Part shown: in pieces, positions 61,001-64,000 of the stretch
Numbering within the stretch: the stretch's first letter is position 1
How the letters are laid out: each line of letters begins with the position of its first letter
From: Scyliorhinus canicula
Lineage: Eukaryota
DNA length: 64,000 bases
Assembly (NCBI RefSeq): GCF_902713615.1
Contig: NW_024055473.1
Coordinates: forward strand, 408,610-472,609
Direction: 5' to 3'
The notes under the pieces: generated by a model
Databases searched by the model: none
The model's input: only the letters and a program-made list of their open reading frames with translations
Told to the model about the DNA's origin: nothing
Translations under genes and position numbers: made by a program

Positions 61001-61266
61001 TAAAGTAACCAGACCACACAGTATCCTCAGCAAATAAACATTAAATCACAACAACCAGGGACTGAATCACTCAGCAGAACCTTTTGTCAAGAGGCAAAGT
61101 AATTATATAACATTTTACACCAGAATCACATGAAACACTGCAACAAAATCTCAATATAGTATCCACCAACCCCACATTTTAGTGAACAAATGATTTGTTA
61201 AAGTAGACAAAAATACTAAACAACGACTGCAATAAAGCAGCCAGTAAATAATTCAATGTTTTTTAC

Positions 61267-61638
61267 CTGCAGTCACCGTCACCATTGTCCCTTGTCCCCA
61301 GTAGTCCAGACCCCCGGAGCTTGCACAGTAATAGATGGCGGTGTCTTCGGTCTTCAGACTCGTCATGGTTAAAGAGAAGATGTTGTTTGCAAGGTTTTTG
61401 GACGCAGAAAATCGATTCTGAATCTCTGGGGCATGGTAGCTGATTGAAGAACTTTCGTACCAAATCAGCGAATCCAGCCCCTGTCCAGGAACCTGTCGGA
61501 TCCAGCTCATCCAGGTATCGTCAAGATTGAAGCCGCTGATTTTACATGTCAGCCTCAGGGAGCCTCCGGGATTCCCGGTCTCTGCCTCTGGCTGAGTCAA
61601 CATAATGTCGTCAATATCCTCAATATCCGACTGGATAC
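61267..61638 (-). CDS. IGHV: Germline-joined IgH V-D-J exon, in frame
   Basis: [36 protein letters not shown]...[19 protein letters not shown]...NRFSASKN...[27 protein letters not shown] followed by gtaaaa. No RSS lies between V, D and J. The separate leader intron is retained. Confidence 0.93.
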
Positions 61639-61766
61639 CTGTAAAATTATATCAAAAAGCCCGAGGATTAATGCTGGTGAAATGATTGGTGACTCTTGAA
61701 CATTCCAGAGAGAGACTAACACTGAGACAGTAACAGTGAGAGACTTGGACAATAAAAACTACTCAC

Positions 61767-61812
61767 GGGATAAGAAAGTCAGCAACAAACTGAGAGAAAT
61801 GGCCCACCTCAT
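61767..61812 (-). CDS. IGHV: IgH leader exon
   Basis: MRWAISLSLLLTFLS followed by gtgagt; 46 nt, phase 1, in frame with the VDJ exon. Confidence 0.92.
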
Positions 61813-61887
61813 CCTTCTGGTCATTTGGGGGAACTCAGTGAACAAACCAGCTCCCGGACTGTTGGATTCGGGTCCCAGTGAGCGGCA

Positions 61888-61895
61888 TTTAAATA
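61888..61895 (-). promoter_or_regulatory. TATA-like box of the VH promoter
   Basis: TATTTAAA 76 nt upstream of the ATG. Confidence 0.5.
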
Positions 61896-63539
61896 CCCGG
61901 CAGAAGGGGGCGAGTTTCCAGGCGCCGCCTGTTGATTCCCTGGTGGAGGCGGCGGCTGAATCCACGTCCCACCTTCCACACCCCCAACAGAATGGACCCA
62001 GAGATTTACAATAGGTTATCAGTAAAATTGACTTTCCTCTGTTTCGGGATAGTATTTTGTCTGAATGGATTCTCTGTAATGTCTCCATTGGTTCTAATTA
62101 CGAAATTACTTGTGAAAATCTGTTCATAAAAACTAATGCCATTGCAAATTAATTCGCTTTGTTTCTGCACTTCAACATAAGAGAATGAACATAAACAGGG
62201 CAAATTATATTAACAGGGAATAAGTTGATTGTTTGCCTGATTTACAAAACTCTGAGTCTCTATCCCGTGAAAGCAATAAAGTATCATGTATCAGAGGAAT
62301 TCTTATCGATTTATGTAACTAAACGCGGGGCTTGTCCAAAGTGATTCTATTTACGGGGGGGGGGGGGGGGTGGCTACCACTGTGCAATGAAGAATCACTC
62401 ACATTATACAATGTCACTACTTACATTACGAACTGCCCCTGAGCCTCAGACAGTCCTGTGAACATTAGCGGTAAAAGAAGCCGCTTGTCTGATAACTAAG
62501 CAGTCAGTTGACAGACAAACATAAAATCTACATTAACAGTTGACAGAGAGGTTAAAGAATCGGATCGGACAGGGCGATCAGCAAAGTTATCCTTCAGCAT
62601 CCAAATCATTGCCGCTAATTTTATCGGTCACCGGCTGTCTAACATTCACTGGTGTTGGGAGCACAGGATATCAGGACTTTGTGGAATATTATACAATATC
62701 ATAGGAATAAATGTTTATTTTCCATTAAAGCAGGTTATGAACTGGTGATTTCTCCACTCAATGGCAGCAATGAGAGGGACTGTTAAATAATGGAAATCAG
62801 TACAAATTAAACTGTACAGAACACGGTGTTAATCAAGTATAAGAGACGCGTCCGTTTAAATGAAGTCAACAACTCGGAGAATATTCCAGGAATTCCGGAG
62901 AGTTCATGACAGTTTTATGACTTTTTTTAAATTTAACTTTTTCCCTAAACTTATTGGGCTTGTGGATTCGGTCCATCAACACCATTCACTCCCACTTCAT
63001 TAGGTTATTAACAAACAGACTTTGATAACTAGAGTGACCTTTACGCGGAACTAATATAAATTAAATAGCATCTGGTCAGGTTACTATTTTCCGATCATGT
63101 TTAACCTCAGAGTGAACAGAACATTCACTCAATTTAATACCGTCGATGAAATAAGATTTAAAACGTTTACTTCATGTGAGACGGAAACATTTATTGTTTG
63201 AATGGATAAATCCCATTGTGTCCATTCATATTCAGGTTAATCTGCACCACACAGTATTTGGCAGCAATCCAGCCGTCTGCAGTCAGGGAGGCTCGAATGT
63301 TCAATGTTGTTTACAGGAAGCATCTGGATTTTTTTTCAGAGATCAGTTTCCTCAGTGCTGACCGCTTGGCTGCAAGCCAACTTGAAACTCTTAACACTGT
63401 CAATGAGGACTGTTTGTAAACAAATCTACCCAGCAACAGTACTGGTGATAATTTTATGTTTTAAATTGTGAAACTATTTGAACTATTCTCATCTCTAAGG
63501 AAAGGAGAGTTAGCCAGCCTCTCTGGCCCCTCTTAGCAA

Positions 63540-63770
63540 CATTTTTTTACATAGAGGGTATTGGGTGCCTGGAACTCGTGGTGGTGGAAGCAGGGACGTT
63601 AGTGACGTTTAAGGGGCATCTTGATAAATACATGAATAGGATAGGAAAAGAGGGATACGGACCCAGGAAGTGTAGAAGATTTTAGATCAGAGGGGCAGCA
63701 TAGTCGGCACCGGCTTGGAGGGCCGAAAGACCTCTTCCTCTGCTGTACTTTCCTTTGGTCTTTGTTCATA
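63540..63770 (+). mobile_element. CR1 LINE 3' tail
   Basis: Matches the tails at 11230-11450 and 55850-56070 (gggatacggacccaggaagtgtagaagattt). Confidence 0.8.
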
Positions 63771-64000
63771 TAACCGACAGGAGGATCTCTTCCACATCCC
63801 ATAAAATTGTGATGATGGACAGAAATACAAGTAGGCTATCAGACAGAGTATTAGACAGAGGGTAGATTGTGTAATAGATAAACATGTAGATTTATGTGCC
63901 TCTCCCTTTATTCTTCCATGGAATGTGGGACTCACTGGCAAGACCACCATGTGTTCCCTGTCCCTAATTGCTGTTGAACTGAGTGGGCCAGCTCAGAAGG

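Noticed and set aside
61267-61812. Joined VDJ as a processed (retrotransposed) pseudogene
   Set aside because: The leader intron and all constant-region introns are present, and there is no polyA tail or TSD around it.

Overview
Cartilaginous-fish genomic DNA. The SINE and LINE families and the Ig/TCR sequences point to a shark, probably a catshark; the species is an inference. The left 28 kb is a T-cell-receptor alpha/delta-type V-segment array. It holds 10 complete V exons, one V cut by the window edge, one degenerate V remnant and one orphan leader. Most V segments carry 22-24-spacer RSSs, and they lie in both orientations because a three-gene cassette was duplicated as an inversion. A two-exon, 334-aa GPR139/GPR142-like rhodopsin-family GPCR lies at 38.5-41.1 kb (+). 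A whole IgM heavy-chain gene lies at 44.6-61.8 kb (-): leader, an already joined in-frame VH-D-JH exon with no RSS, CH1-CH4, secretory tail, TM1 and TM2. Its CH1 has lost the splice acceptor and 5' end to a CR1 LINE insertion, CH4 has a TGA nonsense codon, and the VH has Ser in place of the light-chain-interface Trp47. It is either a pseudogene or a CH1-less, truncated heavy-chain product. The rest of the window is CR1, L1, RTE and L2-type LINE fragments, tRNA-derived SINEs, a U2-snRNA-derived insert, two tRNA-like genes, minisatellites and a 385-N assembly gap. All exon boundaries and translations were read by hand from the sequence. Repeat boundaries are approximate.
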